A stretch of DNA of 64,000 bases from the NCBI RefSeq assembly GCF_006345805.1, contig NC_043026.1:5146001-5210000 (forward strand), read 5' to 3'. This document shows positions 24,765 to 38,732 of the stretch, piece by piece; position 1 is the first letter of the stretch, and every line of letters starts with the position of its first letter. The DNA comes from Octopus sinensis (Eukaryota). The position numbers were made by a program, and so were the translations under genes. Below the pieces are notes generated by a model. The model did not search any database and was not told the DNA's origin. It saw only the letters and a program-made list of their open reading frames with translations.

Positions 24765-25598
24765 TGAACTAAACTGTATGATGCATGTGTGTGAACTGCC
24801 ATGCTACATGGCAATGAAACATGGGCCGTGGCTGCTGAGGACATGCGTAGGCTTGAAAGAAATGAAGCTAGTATGATCCGCTGGATGTGTAATGTCAGTG
24901 TGTCTACATGACAGAGTGTGAGTGCCCTGAGAGAAAAGTTGGACATAAAAAGCATCAAATGTGGTGAGCAAGAGAGATGACTGCACTGGTGTGGTCATGT
25001 GCTACGTATGGATGAGGACAGCTGTGTGAGGAAGCGCCACACCCTAACTGTGGAAGGAACCTGTGGAAGAGGTAGACCCAGGAAGACATGGGATGAGGTG
25101 GTGAAGGATGACCTTTGAGTTTTGGGGCTCACAGAGGCAGTGACAGGAGGCCGAGGCCTTTGGAGATATGCTGTGACTGAGAAGACCCAGCAACTAAAGT
25201 GAGATCGCAGCCATGGCCGATGCCAGTGTTGCATGTCTGGCCCTTTTAAGAGTACCCCTGATGTGTCAGGTGATATGATATGCTTAAAAAGACCTGTTGA
25301 GTCAAGTAAAACCAAAATTGCAGCTGTGGCCAGTGTTCCCTGACTGGCTCCCATGTTGGTGGCACATAAAAAGCACTATCTGAATGTTTTTGGTGCCAGG
25401 CCTGCCTGACTGGCTCCTGTGCCGGTGGCATGTAAAAAGCATCCACTACACTCTCAGAGTGGTTGGCATTAGGAAGGGCATCCAGCTGTAGAAACCCTGC
25501 CAGACTAGAATGGAGCCTGGTGCAGCTGCTGGCTCTCCAGACCTCAGTCAAACCGTCCAACCCATGCCAGCATGGAAAACGGACATTAAACGATGATG
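24765..25598 (+). mobile_element. 5'-truncated RTE LINE 3' end
   Basis: Same C-terminal motifs and tail as 47828-49317. Confidence 0.8.
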
Positions 25599-25671
25599 AT
25601 ATATTTGTGTGTGTCTGAGTTTGTCCCCACCCCCAACTACCGCTTGGCAACCGGTGTCGGTGTGTTTGCAT

Positions 25672-25911
25672 CAGGGCTGTGGAATCAAAACAAAAACCTT
25701 CGATTCCGACTCCTCTACCATTGGCACCTCTGACTCTGACTCTTCTTTATGTAATCAAGTGATTGTGGTCTACACATCTCATAAAGCACATGCATACGCT
25801 TGTACTTTGAGTCGGCCTATAGGTTACAACTGGTTTATATTAAGGAATAAAGACATTGTGAATCAGGATTGGAGTCAGTATAGTTTTACTGACTCCGACT
25901 CCACAGCCCTG
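25672..25911. mobile_element. 240-bp MITE (TIR CAGGGCTGTGGA) nested in a SINE
   Basis: cagggctgtggaatc / gactccacagccctg termini. Flanks are gtgtttgcat (25662-25671) and gtgtttacat (25912-25921). Confidence 0.75.
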
Positions 25912-26129
25912 GTGTTTACATCCCTGTAACTTAGCAGTTTGGCAAAAGAGAATGATAAAATAAGTCCTGGGGTCTTATTTTCTCAACTAAAACCCCATCG
26001 AGGTGGTGCTCTTTTTTTATTTTGTGAATTCTCTGTACATATATATATATATATATATTTGTATGGAAAAGACATGAATTCTGTAGACAAGGGCAGAACC
26101 GTACTGGAAGAGTATTTTTCATCAGGGAC

Positions 26130-26727
26130 AAATGAACCTTGAAAGAGGGGCCTTGCAAGTCTACCAGATAGACAGAAGAGCTTTGTAGAAAATGAAGGAG
26201 AGTATATTTCAGATTAAAAAAGAACTTTGCCTCAATTTTGAAAAGTAAAAAAGTATAAAGAAACCCCATTCTTTATGGGACGATCCAATATATAGCAGTT
26301 AGGCCTTAAAATGAGCTCTATGAAGACAAAATATATGCAGTTGGAAGATGTACTAAAAAGGTGAATAGAGGTGGGAAGTGATGAAATTGAGGGGGTAAAA
26401 GGAGTACACTTAGGGCACACAGTGACTAGGGGCTGAGATATGGAAGCTGAAATTTCAAAGATTATGGGCTGGTGGTGCAGGATGGAAGGTGTTTAACTCA
26501 ATAACGAAGGATAAAACTCAATTTAAATTCGTTTATATTAATTACTAGGTTAAAAGCTGCACTCCATGTGGACTTTTAAACTAGCTCCTGCAGAGGGCTA
26601 ATTGGACCCGCAGCCCCAAACTAACGAGAGCTTGAAAAAAAGGGTATAAAATGTCTATATAGAGCACATATAGACCAAGATACAGGGGTCCCAGACGGAC
26701 AGAATTTTCACTTTTATTAATATAGAT
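26130..26727 (-). mobile_element. Possible non-autonomous Helitron-like element
   Basis: Minus strand starts atctatattaataaaagtg...ctgtccgtctg, a typical Helitron 5' pattern; the 3' hairpin/CTRR end was not found. Confidence 0.3.
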
Positions 26728-28414
26728 TTATCTTAATTATATAATTTTAGAATTGTTATAGTTATTGCTGATAAAACAGCTGTTTCGTAATGATATATCT
26801 GTGAAATTTATGCCAGAATGCCTCACAGCGGGACTTGAACCCCAAATCACACAAACTTCTTAACCAAACATCCCTTCTGGCTTCTGTCTATATACCTGGA
26901 GGTGAAAGGCATGTTTGCCTCTGTATATAAGGATATATCTGAATCTCAACAGTGTGTGTGTATACATATATATATACATATATATATATATGCACATGTA
27001 TACATGTGTCTGTCTGAATGTGTAGGTGTGTGTATAAACAGGTGCATATATTTGTATGTGTGTAAACATGTATGTGTATAGAATCATGGATGTGTGTGTG
27101 CATGTGTACATAAATGTGTATGTATATGTGTATAAGTGTGGGTGTGTTGTGTATATATAGGAGTGTGTGTGTATATATATATAAGCATGTATGTATTTGT
27201 GTTTATGTATGAATATATGGAGAGTAGGAGGAAGAGGAGGAAAAAGTCCAGCTGAATTGTCATTACTACCCCCACGCCCCGCATATGTGTATATGTGTGG
27301 TGTATATATATATGTGTGTGTATATGTGTGGTGTATATATGTACATTGTGTGCCTGTCATGTGAAATTTCATAGTCTGCTGAAAGTAGGTCAACTTGTAT
27401 TTCTCGTCAGTGTGTGTGTATAGATATATATATCCAGGCGTAGCCGTGTGGTGAGAACTTTGCTCCCCAACCATGTAGTTCTAGGTTCAAACCCATGGCG
27501 CAGCACCTTGGCTAGGTGACTTCTACTGTGGCCTTGGGCCGACCAGAGTCTTCTGAGTGCATTAGATTGGAAACTGAAAGAAGCCCGTCGTATATGTGTG
27601 TGTATGCATGCATGTGTGCTTTGGTTGACCTGAGGCTATAGTAGAAGACACCTACCAAAGGTGCCATGGACATACATATAAATATATGTATTTATATGTG
27701 TGTGTATATATATATATATTTATGTGTGTGTATATATATATTTATGTGTGTATATATATATTTATGTGTGTGTTAAGATATATATATATATGTGTGTGTG
27801 TATATATATATGTATTTATATTTATATATGTATATATATCTATTTATGTATGTATGTATATACATATGTGTGTGTATATATATATTTATGTGTGTATATA
27901 TATATGTATTTATATGTGTGTGTGTATATAGATATATATGATGGGCTTCTTACAGTCTCCATTTACCAAATCATCTCACAAGTCTTTGGCTGGTCCAATG
28001 TGTGGCGCAGTGGGATTGAACCTGAAGCCATGGGGTTGGAAAGGATATGGCTCGGTGGTTAGGCTGCTGTATGCATGACATGAGATTGTGGGTTCGATCC
28101 TCGACTCAGGTGGCATGTCCCTGAACAGAACCCTTCATTTCACATTGCTCTGGAGCCATGTGGGGACTGACATGTCAAAGCATAGACCCAGCATTTCCTC
28201 TGCTTATCATAAAAGCTGATTAATAGAGGATGAGGCTGGATTTGTACTCTGACTTTGTAAAACCCTCAACAGCAACAACTTCCCAAACAGACCCATGCGT
28301 TTGGAAGGTTGTCACCCGAGTGCTGCATGAGTTGTAAGGAGTCACCAACAGATGGCAGGTGCAGCGAGACGCTGTCAAGGCACTGACCCCCATTTCTTAA
28401 ACTAATACGACTAT

Positions 28415-29050
28415 TGTTTATTCTTTTATTTGTTTCAGTTGTGAGACTGTGGCCATGCTGGGGCACTGCCTTGAAGTCTTTTAGTCAAACAAATTGGCAC
28501 CAGGACTTACTCCTTAAAGCCTACTACTTATACTTTTGCCAAACTGTTAAGTAACAGGGACATAAATATGCCGACACCGGTTGTTAAGCTGTGTTGTTGG
28601 TGGGGGGGGGGGGTTTGCAAGCACAGACGTAGACACATAGATATATACTTACATATACATACATACGCACTGGCGTATGGTGATTATTGTATTGGATGTG
28701 CTGCCACACCCAGTGCCACCAAATTTCAAGCAGGAGCTTAACAAAAGTTTTCCGTTAAGATTTGTGATTAAATTAACGAGTAAGGTCAATATTTTATAAT
28801 GAATTTGCCACTGTCGACAGGTGTTCAGTGCACACCTGGCACACCTGCAATATACGTCCTTGATATACATACATACATACACACACATATGTGCGTGACA
28901 GGCTTCTTTCAGTTTCCATCTACCAAATCCACTCACAAGGCTTTGGTCAACCCAAGGCTATAGTAGAAGACACTTCCCCAAGGTGCCAGACAGTGGGACT
29001 GAACCTGGTACCTTGTGGTTGGGAAGTAAGCTTTTTACCACACAGCCACA
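28415..29050 (-). mobile_element. SINE family A halves separated by other sequence
   Basis: 3' half 28415-28600; 5' half 28895-29050. Confidence 0.6.
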
Positions 29051-29479
29051 CCTGCACCTCTCAGCTTTATATCTCGTTTGTATTGTTGTGATGGCAGGCT
29101 TGGAAATTCCGACTCTTCATTCAGCTTCCCATTTCATTTCTGTTACTTTTTTTGTTTTTGTTTTTCTCTACTCTGCCTTATTCTTTCCCTCCCCCTCTCT
29201 CCCTCTCTCTCCCTCCCTCTCTCCCCCTCTCCCTCTCTTTCCCTCCTCTCTTCAAATATTCTTTTCAATCATTTCACTGTTGTTGCTTTTTTCTTTTTCC
29301 TTCAAATTTCATTTTCACTTCCTTGTTTGTCTATTTATAAATATCTGTCTGTGTCAGCGGCTGTCATTTGCCAGGGAACAACACACTTCATTTCATGTAA
29401 CTCTAAAACACATGAGAAGCAATTACCACCACCACCGCCACCACTACTGCTACTACTACTACTACTACTATTGATTTAG

Positions 29480-30030
29480 AGAGTAGTGCAAGCCATCAAA
29501 GTGACACTGGGGTAAAATATACAAAGCCCAGTATACCCATCATGACTACCCGCCTGATAAGGGTACATCAGGCACATGCATCACAACCATATGTGCGCGA
29601 CATGGTGATCTCATATCAAGATAAACAGCACATGACCTTGCAGGTGGGACCCAGTTAGAATTTTCTGCTGGTTGAGTATCCAATCCTGCTCAAAAGGTCT
29701 CTGAATAAGGTTTGTTTCAAAGATGATGAGCAAAATACCAATGTTTCCACAGGTGAATTATTCAAACCCCAAAGAATCCCTCTCAACACATGGCTATGAT
29801 ACCCCCCCCGCAGTACTTCTGCTCATGATCAGAGATGCACATATCGTCAGCCACTAAGGGACATGCTCAACTGGTTAAGGTCAAACAACTGACAAGCAAA
29901 TCTGTGGTATTGAGCAGAATATTTGCTGTAGGCCATCTTTTATACCAAGACAAAACAATGTACATGATAACACTTCCAATCAGTTAAGATCAGAAGCCAT
30001 GAGAGCCACTGCCTGGTACTGCATCAGGGC

Positions 30031-30093
<63 letters not shown>

Positions 30094-30095
30094 CA
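29480..30095 (+). mobile_element. Probable retroposon 3' end with long (ATT)n tail
   Basis: About 550 nt of non-coding mixed sequence ending abruptly in more than 20 ATT units; family not identified. Confidence 0.3.
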
Positions 30096-32084
30096 TCATT
30101 ATTTCTTTTTCCAGGATGCACCTCCTTCCAGACATTTGGAGATGTGAGTACCTGTTTCTGTTTATGACCAAATTTTGGTGCCATCCGGCATGTGTTGCTG
30201 AGGTGTGTGTGTGTGTGTGTGTGTATATGAATGTGCATTTGTACACCACTTTCTGTTTAAGATTATGGAAAAAAAAAAAAAAAAAACCCAACCAAAGCAG
30301 ATCGATATCTTCGAATAAAGTGTAAGAAGCTGGCCTTTCATTCCTGTCAATCAGGTTCCCAGACTTGAGTGCAGCAGACATTGGCATTGGCCCCATGAGG
30401 GGGCAGCCAGGGAGAATGGATGGGCTACTAGCATACCTGGAACAGGTCTGCTGTTGCACAATCACACACACACACATAAACATACACACACAAGCACACA
30501 CACACACGCTAGGCCCCATTATGGAACTGTTTACATATTTGGGACACTTCTGCTGTCACACACACACACACACACACACATCCTAGATCATATTTCAACG
30601 TTGGTCACACAGTTGTGTGTGTGTGTGTATGTGTGTGTGTGAGACAGCAGCCCCACCCCGGGTATGTGTGCAGTACTGCAATATGGTGCGCAATGCCTCT
30701 GTGTTTGTATGACATCAAATTTGTTAATTCTACCGTAATCCCTTAGTCATTCATGACCAAAGGGGCTCTTTACCCTTCTTTGCCCTATGGAGAGGAGGGA
30801 CTGGTATGCATAAAACCATCCTGCCTGGACTTTGTGCCCCGGAGGGCAACTTTCTAGGTGCAATACCAAAGGGGCTCTTTACCCTTCACCTTTATTAAAG
30901 CAGGAGAGTGTGTTATTTGGTTTGTTGTTTGTAAAGGACTGCACAAAGTAAGGGAAGCAGTTGTATTAACCAAAATCACAAGATGCTATTCACTGTTGGA
31001 TTAGTGAAGGGCAAAAGAAGAGCTGACCCAGCAGAAAGAGAACTCTGGCAGAGGAACTGGAACCCTGATTGTATGAGAGGACATGTCAAACCAAGTTAAA
31101 GCATGGTTGTCCTTGCATACAGGCGTGTCCCCTGCGTCCCTCTCCAGCTGAGTGTTCTTCATCTTGCAGGCTTCTGGCTGCTGCTACCACATAAAATGCA
31201 CCTGTACCAGTTTGTTTTCCTGTAATTTTTCCAAAAAAAATTTATGGATAATTTTTCCTTCTCCAGTGTTTCGCTTGACTTGATTCATTTAAACTTATTC
31301 AAATTTCAAAACTTCTTACAACTTATCGTTTTCTAAATTCTGTTTTCTGATTAAGAATAATCAAACTTTAAACCTCTTTAACATTTCTCTAAAATTTTTC
31401 TGGAAAAAGTGAAATTCTTTTCTGGTTGGTTTTCACTTTTAAAAAATTTTAAAATTGAGTGAAAATGTTTAAATTTGATATACTGATGTAATTTTTCTCA
31501 CTAAACCTGATGTTGTTATTCAGTTGTTCCAGAAAAATTTTAGAAAAATGTAGAAAAGAAATCTCGAATGCAGTGGAGAAGTGAAAACAGCTAAGATCGA
31601 TAAAATACTCTTAGAAAATGAAAGCAGAAAACTTTATACCAAGCCACAACAGAGAAACCGTATCATTTAAAAAACAGTTAAGCATACTGTACCATTAAGC
31701 TACGTGAACTATTACATCTGATACCAACTTTTATAATGTTAAATATCTTAAAATGACCAAAATATTTTCATTTGTGTAAACAATCACCTTTTTTTTTGTC
31801 AGTTAAAGATACACCACTTTTTTGATGCTAATTTTTTGATGATTCATTTGAACACAACTGTTGTATAATTTTCTTCAATATTAGTTGATATATTTTGATT
31901 CAAAGTCAATCTTGGGTGTTACTTACCATATTTCATTACTTAAAGTCACAACTTTTCTCCTTGCTGATACTTTTTAACAAGGTTTTCACCAAAAGATTCT
32001 CCTCAATGAACACAGTCTTTTAAACCCAATTAATTTATTCACCCGCTGTCATGGGTGAATGATTCTGCTAGAGAGTGGACTTGA

Positions 32085-32770
32085 GGGTTATAACCTTTAT
32101 GTGCTCCTCCACCATTGCCACCACTTTTGTCTGGTCCCTGTTGGGGCTGATACATTGCTAACTCCTATTTTGGTCACCAGTCTTCTCTATAAATAGTTAA
32201 GTCATAAGAGAACCTTGGGATGTGCAAGTAATAGTAGCCACAGTTTTAGCTTCTGCTTTACTGTTACGAACAGCAATAACTATCCAGTGTCATTTACCTC
32301 TTGTTATGAAGTCCATTTGTTCCTGCAAGAATTTTTTCAGTTGTGCTGCACTGGGACACTGTTGTTTTCTTTCATTTGTGTGAATGTATTTATAACTCTG
32401 AGCACCTTTTCAAACTCCACCTGTCTAACACCCGTGGACATGTTTACAAAGTCAGAAAACAGCACAGCTCCCATGACTTTCGGAAACATTTTTTCACGCT
32501 AAGAGTTGCTGAAGCATGGAACAAACTGCCGACATCAGTTATTAATTGTCGGAGCACTGCATCCTTCAAAACTTCCATGCTTCCTGAGATTCGCCAACAC
32601 TACACCTGATTTTCTCCCCTCTATACACACGCAAGCATGTATCTGACTCATATACTGTTCACTTTCCAGACATTTGTACATTACTGCATATGCTTTATAT
32701 GCACTTTTGACAAGTTGTGGTGCACCTGAGCACTGTATACAATAATTTCATTATTATTATTATTATAAAT
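32085..32770 (+). mobile_element. CR1-group LINE 3' fragment with (ATT)n tail
   Basis: TRGHVYKV...FRKHFFTLRVAEAWNKLP...FK C-terminal motif, then a UTR ending attattattatt. Confidence 0.75.
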
Positions 32771-33939
32771 AATGTGTTTTTTCTTCTTGTTTTATTTATT
32801 TTCTGGTGCACGTATCACAACGACAGGAAACTTCATGAATCCTGGGATATAATATCACATTTATATTCTTTTTACTTCTTGCCTTTCTGCTGCATCCGTG
32901 GCAATGCAACACAAGATCAGTAGCATAACCTGACCGGGTCCTCAACAACAGAAAACGACAAAACCGGAGCAGTGAGCATATATGGAAGTGGTGAGGTGTT
33001 GACAATGGTCGCTGGTGGTGCCCAGCATGGAGGGGATGTTGAGTCAAGGTCGAGGGTCAGTGAGGAGGAAGTAAAGAGAAGCAGGTGGTTGATCATAGAG
33101 CGCATAAGCATGAGCAACAGTGTCCCCAGTACGAAATCAGCCAGAAGGGCAGCAACAGATTGCAAGCTTCCATAGCATGCCAACTGATGGAGGTGGTCAT
33201 GGGAATGCATTGGGGGGACACAATAATGATATTGTTGGTCTAGATGCAAGGCAGAGGTGTAGTCTTCACAGCTGTGGCAGCGGATGAGGTCATAGCCATG
33301 ACATCAAGGCGAAGGTGAGGAGGAGTCTGAATGTGAAAAATGATGAATGACCAGAGATGCTGTCAGCGGTGCATATGATGGTGAGGAGCAGGCAAGCATG
33401 AATGAGTGTATGAGCAAGCGTGGTGGCTGCCTGGGTGCAAGGCGGAGTGCAACAATGACAGCGAAGGTGAGGGCACTCATGTGCCGATGTATGAGGTAGT
33501 GGCAGCACACTGAGGACTTGCTGACCTTGTAAGGTCAAGAGGCATGTATCGATTTATCAGAAAAGACGAGGACTGTAAATGTTTGAAATAATCAGCAAAT
33601 ATTTTGAGAATTGTGAAATGAAAAATTGCACTTAGAAATTTTCCTCACTCACACTTATCAGATTGAGAAATTATGGGTTAATACACATTTACTAATAACT
33701 GTGAAGATTATATTTACCCTGCATTTCACTGTAGTGTAAATCTTTGTCAAGAAAACATGAGAACCGAAAATGTTGGAAATCAGTCACAAACCTTTTGAAA
33801 ATTTCCAATTGAAAAATTGTATTTCATTAGGTTATTTTTGTATTATCTGAAATAGAATACCCGCATATCGATTAATCCCATTATATTGAATTAATATTTG
33901 TATATATATATATATCCAAATATATATATATATATACAA

Positions 33940-33988
<49 letters not shown>

Positions 33989-34009
33989 TACATACATACA
34001 TGCATATTT

Positions 34010-35370
34010 TTTCTTTTTGTAGTTTCAGCTCATGGTTGTGACCATGCTGGAGCACTGCCATTTGCTACTCTGTTTTTACTGAGAGTCTCCTCTAATATGT
34101 GGCCCATGGTGAAGAATGGAGTTTGATGTTGCTTATCCTCATTTGCACCTCTTGCCGTGAGGTAGGTTCATCTGGGACTCTTGACAGGAAGAGGTCCAGC
34201 TTTGATTTTAAAACCCCTACATCCACTTTGTGCAGGTTCCTCAGGCTCTTTGGGAGAATATTAAAAAGCTGTGGGTCCCTGAAGCCCAGGCTATTGCAGT
34301 AACAGGTCCTGAAGCGCGATGGCATTGCTGGGATCTTTGGCACTATGTAGTATTGGCCCCTTCTGGCATGGTGTAGCTTACAATGCCAAATTTTGGCACA
34401 ATTCCTTCCAGGATCTTCCAGACATATATTACTGCATACCTCTCCCGTCTTCTCTCCAGGGAGTAGAGTCTTTGCTGTGCCAACCTTTCCCAGTAGCTGA
34501 GCTGTTGCAAAGAGATGATCTTCTTTGTGAATCTTCTCTGGATTGCTTCAAGGTCCGCTGTTAATTTTACTCTGGTGGGTGACCATAGCTGTGAGCAGTA
34601 ATCCAGGCGGCTGAGGACGAATGTCGCCAGAGAACCATCATGATTTCCTTATCTCTGGTTCTGAATGTTCTTAGGATCCATCCAGCCAGTCATCTGCACT
34701 TATCGCCATCCTGGTAATGTGCACTTGGAAAGAGGTATCCTCACTCATGTCGATACCCAGGTCCCTCACAGACTTAGGCTCTGGAATTGAAATTCTCTGT
34801 GGACCGGTGTATCCTGTAAGTTTAATATTCAGTTTTGGATGCTGGTAGCACAGGGCCTGGAATTTTTCAGCATTAAACTGCATATTATTATTCTCAGCCC
34901 ATCTGTAGATTGAGTCCAACTCCTGCTGCAGGTGTGCAACATCGCTGGGGTTCTGTATATTCTGCGAGACTTTCGTATCGTCTGCATAGCTTGCCAGTGT
35001 GGCTATCCGGGCATTTGAGGGCATATCTGAGAGGGCTACTATAAAAAGCAGTTGTCCCAAGACAGTGCCCTGTGGAACATCGCTCACTATTTGTGTGTTC
35101 ATAGAGGTGGCTCCATTAACCACTACTGCCTGACTCCTATCTTTCAGGAAGTCATGTAACCACACTCCAAGTTTTCCAGCTATGCTGAGGTCACGCAGTT
35201 TGTGGCATATCATACCATGATCCACCTTGTCAAAAGCTTTTGCAAAATCAAGGTAGATTACGTCCACATTTGATTTGTTGAGTAACTGCCTCAACACCCA
35301 GTCATAATATTGTAAGAGCTGGGTCAGGCAGCTCTTACCTTGTCAAAAACCATGCTGGGTATCACTCAGC
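34010..35370 (-). mobile_element. 5'-truncated CR1-group LINE (RT and 3' tail)
   Basis: QHGFRQGKSC, YLDFAKAFDKVDH, VPQGTVLGQLLF, YADDTKV. The 3' tail is ggcagtgctccagcatgg...ctgaaac. Confidence 0.85.
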
Positions 35371-36327
35371 ATGGAAAAAATACCATCAGAGCAAGCCGAG
35401 CTGTGCCTGAAAAATATATGGGGAGATATCAGCTTTGTCTGCCATGCCCCAAAGTTTGGCTACATCAAGGTCATATTCCAGTCGGAATCACTAACACATA
35501 AACATTCAACTGTCCCATTAAAAATGGAAGAGTTCTCTTTAATTGCTATTTATCTGGGACAGAGAGTGATCCAAATAAATATAAGTAAAATACCACGAGA
35601 AATCGATTTCTGGTGGGTAGTGAAAGCCGTGGTGCTGGAAGATTCTAGAAGCCTCCTAGAAATGAAAAAAAATCCAAAGGATGAACTAGGGTGGGACAGG
35701 GTCAGAAATTCTACTGCAAGTAAAACCAGAAACTATAGAGAAAATTCCCGACATAATAGAAATCCCTGGAGACAAGCATCTTCAGGTAATCGTGGAAGGA
35801 AGAAGGCCACGATGTTACTTCTGTGGTGATTCGGGTCAGGTCAGAGTCTATAGTCTGAGGGAAAGAAGAAAAGGGGAAAAAATGATCCACAGCAACCATT
35901 AACACCACTGCAACCACAATAACAACAGACACCACAAGAAGGGCAGCAACAGAGACAATTGGACATAAGAACATTCACAAAAACCACAACAGCGCCGGCA
36001 GCAGCTGCAGCTACAACATCGACTGGAATGGAAACAACTGCATAATGTCAAGCAGAATGCACAGCAGCAGCAGCAGCAACAGGGAACCCCCCCCCCCCCA
36101 AAAATAATGACAACACTGTTAACAGCGCCAACAGTAAAACAAATACCTGCAGAAGAAATACCCGTCCCCTATTCAGCTAAGGAAAATGAGAGAAATAAGG
36201 AGGGACAGGCATGTGAAAGAGTCACAGGGAAAGGAAGGAAAAGACGGAAGAGCACAAACGATAACCAGAAAAGAAAAACGTCCAAGAAAATGGAGGAGGG
36301 AAGGTGCAGTAAGAATAGCACACCATG

Positions 36328-36372
<45 letters not shown>

Positions 36373-37080
36373 GCAACAATAACATCATCCCCACCACTAC
36401 CACCACCACATCTACAACCATCACAAACACAACATAGCCTCCATACACAACAGACGAACTTCATTCCACCAAATGACCATAAACCAGACATTATTAATCT
36501 CATGGCTATAAGTACAAAAAGTAATGAATTAATAGAACACATCCAATTATGTCAGACACGCTTGGAGGACTTCCTTGGGATTTCTCGCCCCTTAGTGTTA
36601 GTGGGCAACTGGTATGCCGAGGTGCAACATGACCCTAAAACTACAATTTGGTGTTTGATGGGTTGGGATGAGTGCTTGTTACAAGATTCCTAGCAGATTT
36701 GTACGGAATTTCAGCGGCACTTTGCTGAACTATACGAGGCGCACAGTGGTTCGGAGGCGGGGGTGAACTCCACCTCCTACCTCGATGGACTGCTGCAGCT
36801 CTTGGCCAAGGATGTGGAATTATGCGAAATTCCAATAACAGCGGAAGATATACGAGAGATGCACTGGAGACTTGCAGGAAGGAGAAGTCTCCGGGATTGG
36901 ATGGTTTGCCCTTGGAAATTTATATTCATATGCTCGACTTGTTTGGTGAGATTTTGCAAGATGTCTAACGCAACAGGCAGCAGAACTGTGAGCCAAGGTG
37001 TGGTGATGCCATTGAGGAAGGATCCGAACAAGGGGGACATTGTTGATAACTTTCGGCCTGTAACTCTGCTAACAAGCCTA
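35371..37080 (+). mobile_element. Heavily deleted second Tx1/L1-like element (ORF1 remnant, endonuclease scrap, RT scrap)
   Basis: ORF1-like region ends in EGRRPRCYFCGD. RT-like translation includes KSPGLDGLPLE and PLRKDPNKGDIVDNFRPVTLL. Confidence 0.65.
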
Positions 37081-37084
37081 TCGG

Positions 37085-37116
<32 letters not shown>

Positions 37117-37875
37117 CTATCTCCTCCCGTCACCAGCGCTTGACAACCGATGTCTCTATGTTTACGTCAACGTCACTTAGTAGTTCGGCAAAGACGACCG
37201 ATAGGTTAAGTACAAGGCTTCATAAGTCCTGGTGTCGATTTCTTTGATTAAAAGAACCCTTCAAGGCGGTGCTCCAGCGTGGCCTCAGTCAAAATGACTT
37301 AAGTACAAAAATAAAGAATATCCATACAATACATAGGAGACTTTAAAATGTCGTGTCCACCCGTTGTTTTGGGTATGTCCCTAGTCGTGTGCGTTGAGTG
37401 CACCTTCACCACATACGGTTACCAGGTGTCGTCCGCAGCGACTGCGCTTTAGTCGCAGGGTCTACGTAAGGAATTCCTCGGTGCACGTTCAGTATGTCTT
37501 AAAGAATTGATAGGGAAGGCAGGGTGTGCTGGAAGCTATCTTTAGCACCATTATCGTTTCGGCTTGCCTTTGCACTTCTCCCATGTGGCTGGGGAACCAC
37601 AAAATGCAATCGAATGCACCCCACAATGGATTTGTGAACGACTATAAACGTACACATCAGACCAACACCATCTTGCCACACACAACAGCGAAATGTACAT
37701 ATTATAACACCGTAGCGTATTATGGAGAGAAGGAGAGAGATGATACATTGATAGATAGATAGAGAGAGAGAAGGAGAGAGAGACAGACAGACAGTCAAAT
37801 ATATAGACTGTAAGAGAGGTAGATAGAAAGAGAAAAGAGGGAGAGAGAGAGAAACAAGCACACAAATGCAGACAG

Positions 37876-37926
<51 letters not shown>

Positions 37927-38677
37927 AAAACAGACAGACATACACATAGTCTGAGAGATAGATACACCAGTCTCTCTACTTTATATTTCTCTCTCTATAT
38001 ATGTATATAGATATTCATACACATCCACATATACATACATACATACATATATATATAGATAGATTCCGTGTATGTATCTCTCTATGTGTATATATATATA
38101 TTCATACTCATCCGATTATACATACACATACACACACACGCACACACACATATATACATATATATACATCTATACATACATTTTCCCGCCTTTTTCTCCA
38201 CGTTTTTTGTCATTCAAATTAGTGTTGCTAAGCTAGAAACAATTGAACGGGAAGCGGCAGAAGTTATAGAGAGACTCCAGACTGGGCAGTTTGTATGATA
38301 CCAGACCCGAAATATCACCAGATACCCTTAAGCATGGGTTGTCACAGATGGATTTACCCGTCGTCTTTTCTACGTGTGTGCAAGAAGTCTACGTATAATA
38401 ATGTATAATTATATGTATATATATTTGAGTTTATATATGAATATGTATGTACGTATAATATTCTGCTTTCCTGTGGGTATAGTAATGATGTATATTTATA
38501 TTCCTATATAAATGTATCGGCAATCCTATACAATAGAGTCGGAAATTATCCAATACCTCAAATATTCCAACATCTTTTGATATTTCTTTTTTAAACTTGT
38601 ACATATACATGAATAAATGTATACACAAACACACATACATATAATATATATATATACACACACCTACATTTCTACAG

Positions 38678-38732
<55 letters not shown>

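Noticed and set aside
32920-33530. GC-balanced region with several short ORFs on both strands
   Set aside because: Looks like a decayed LINE endonuclease region on the minus strand, but the motifs are too eroded to call.
38215-38395. QIPL..AWVVT and LFYVCARS resembling PIF1/Helitron helicase motifs
   Set aside because: The motifs need frameshifts and are too short and degenerate to support without a profile search.
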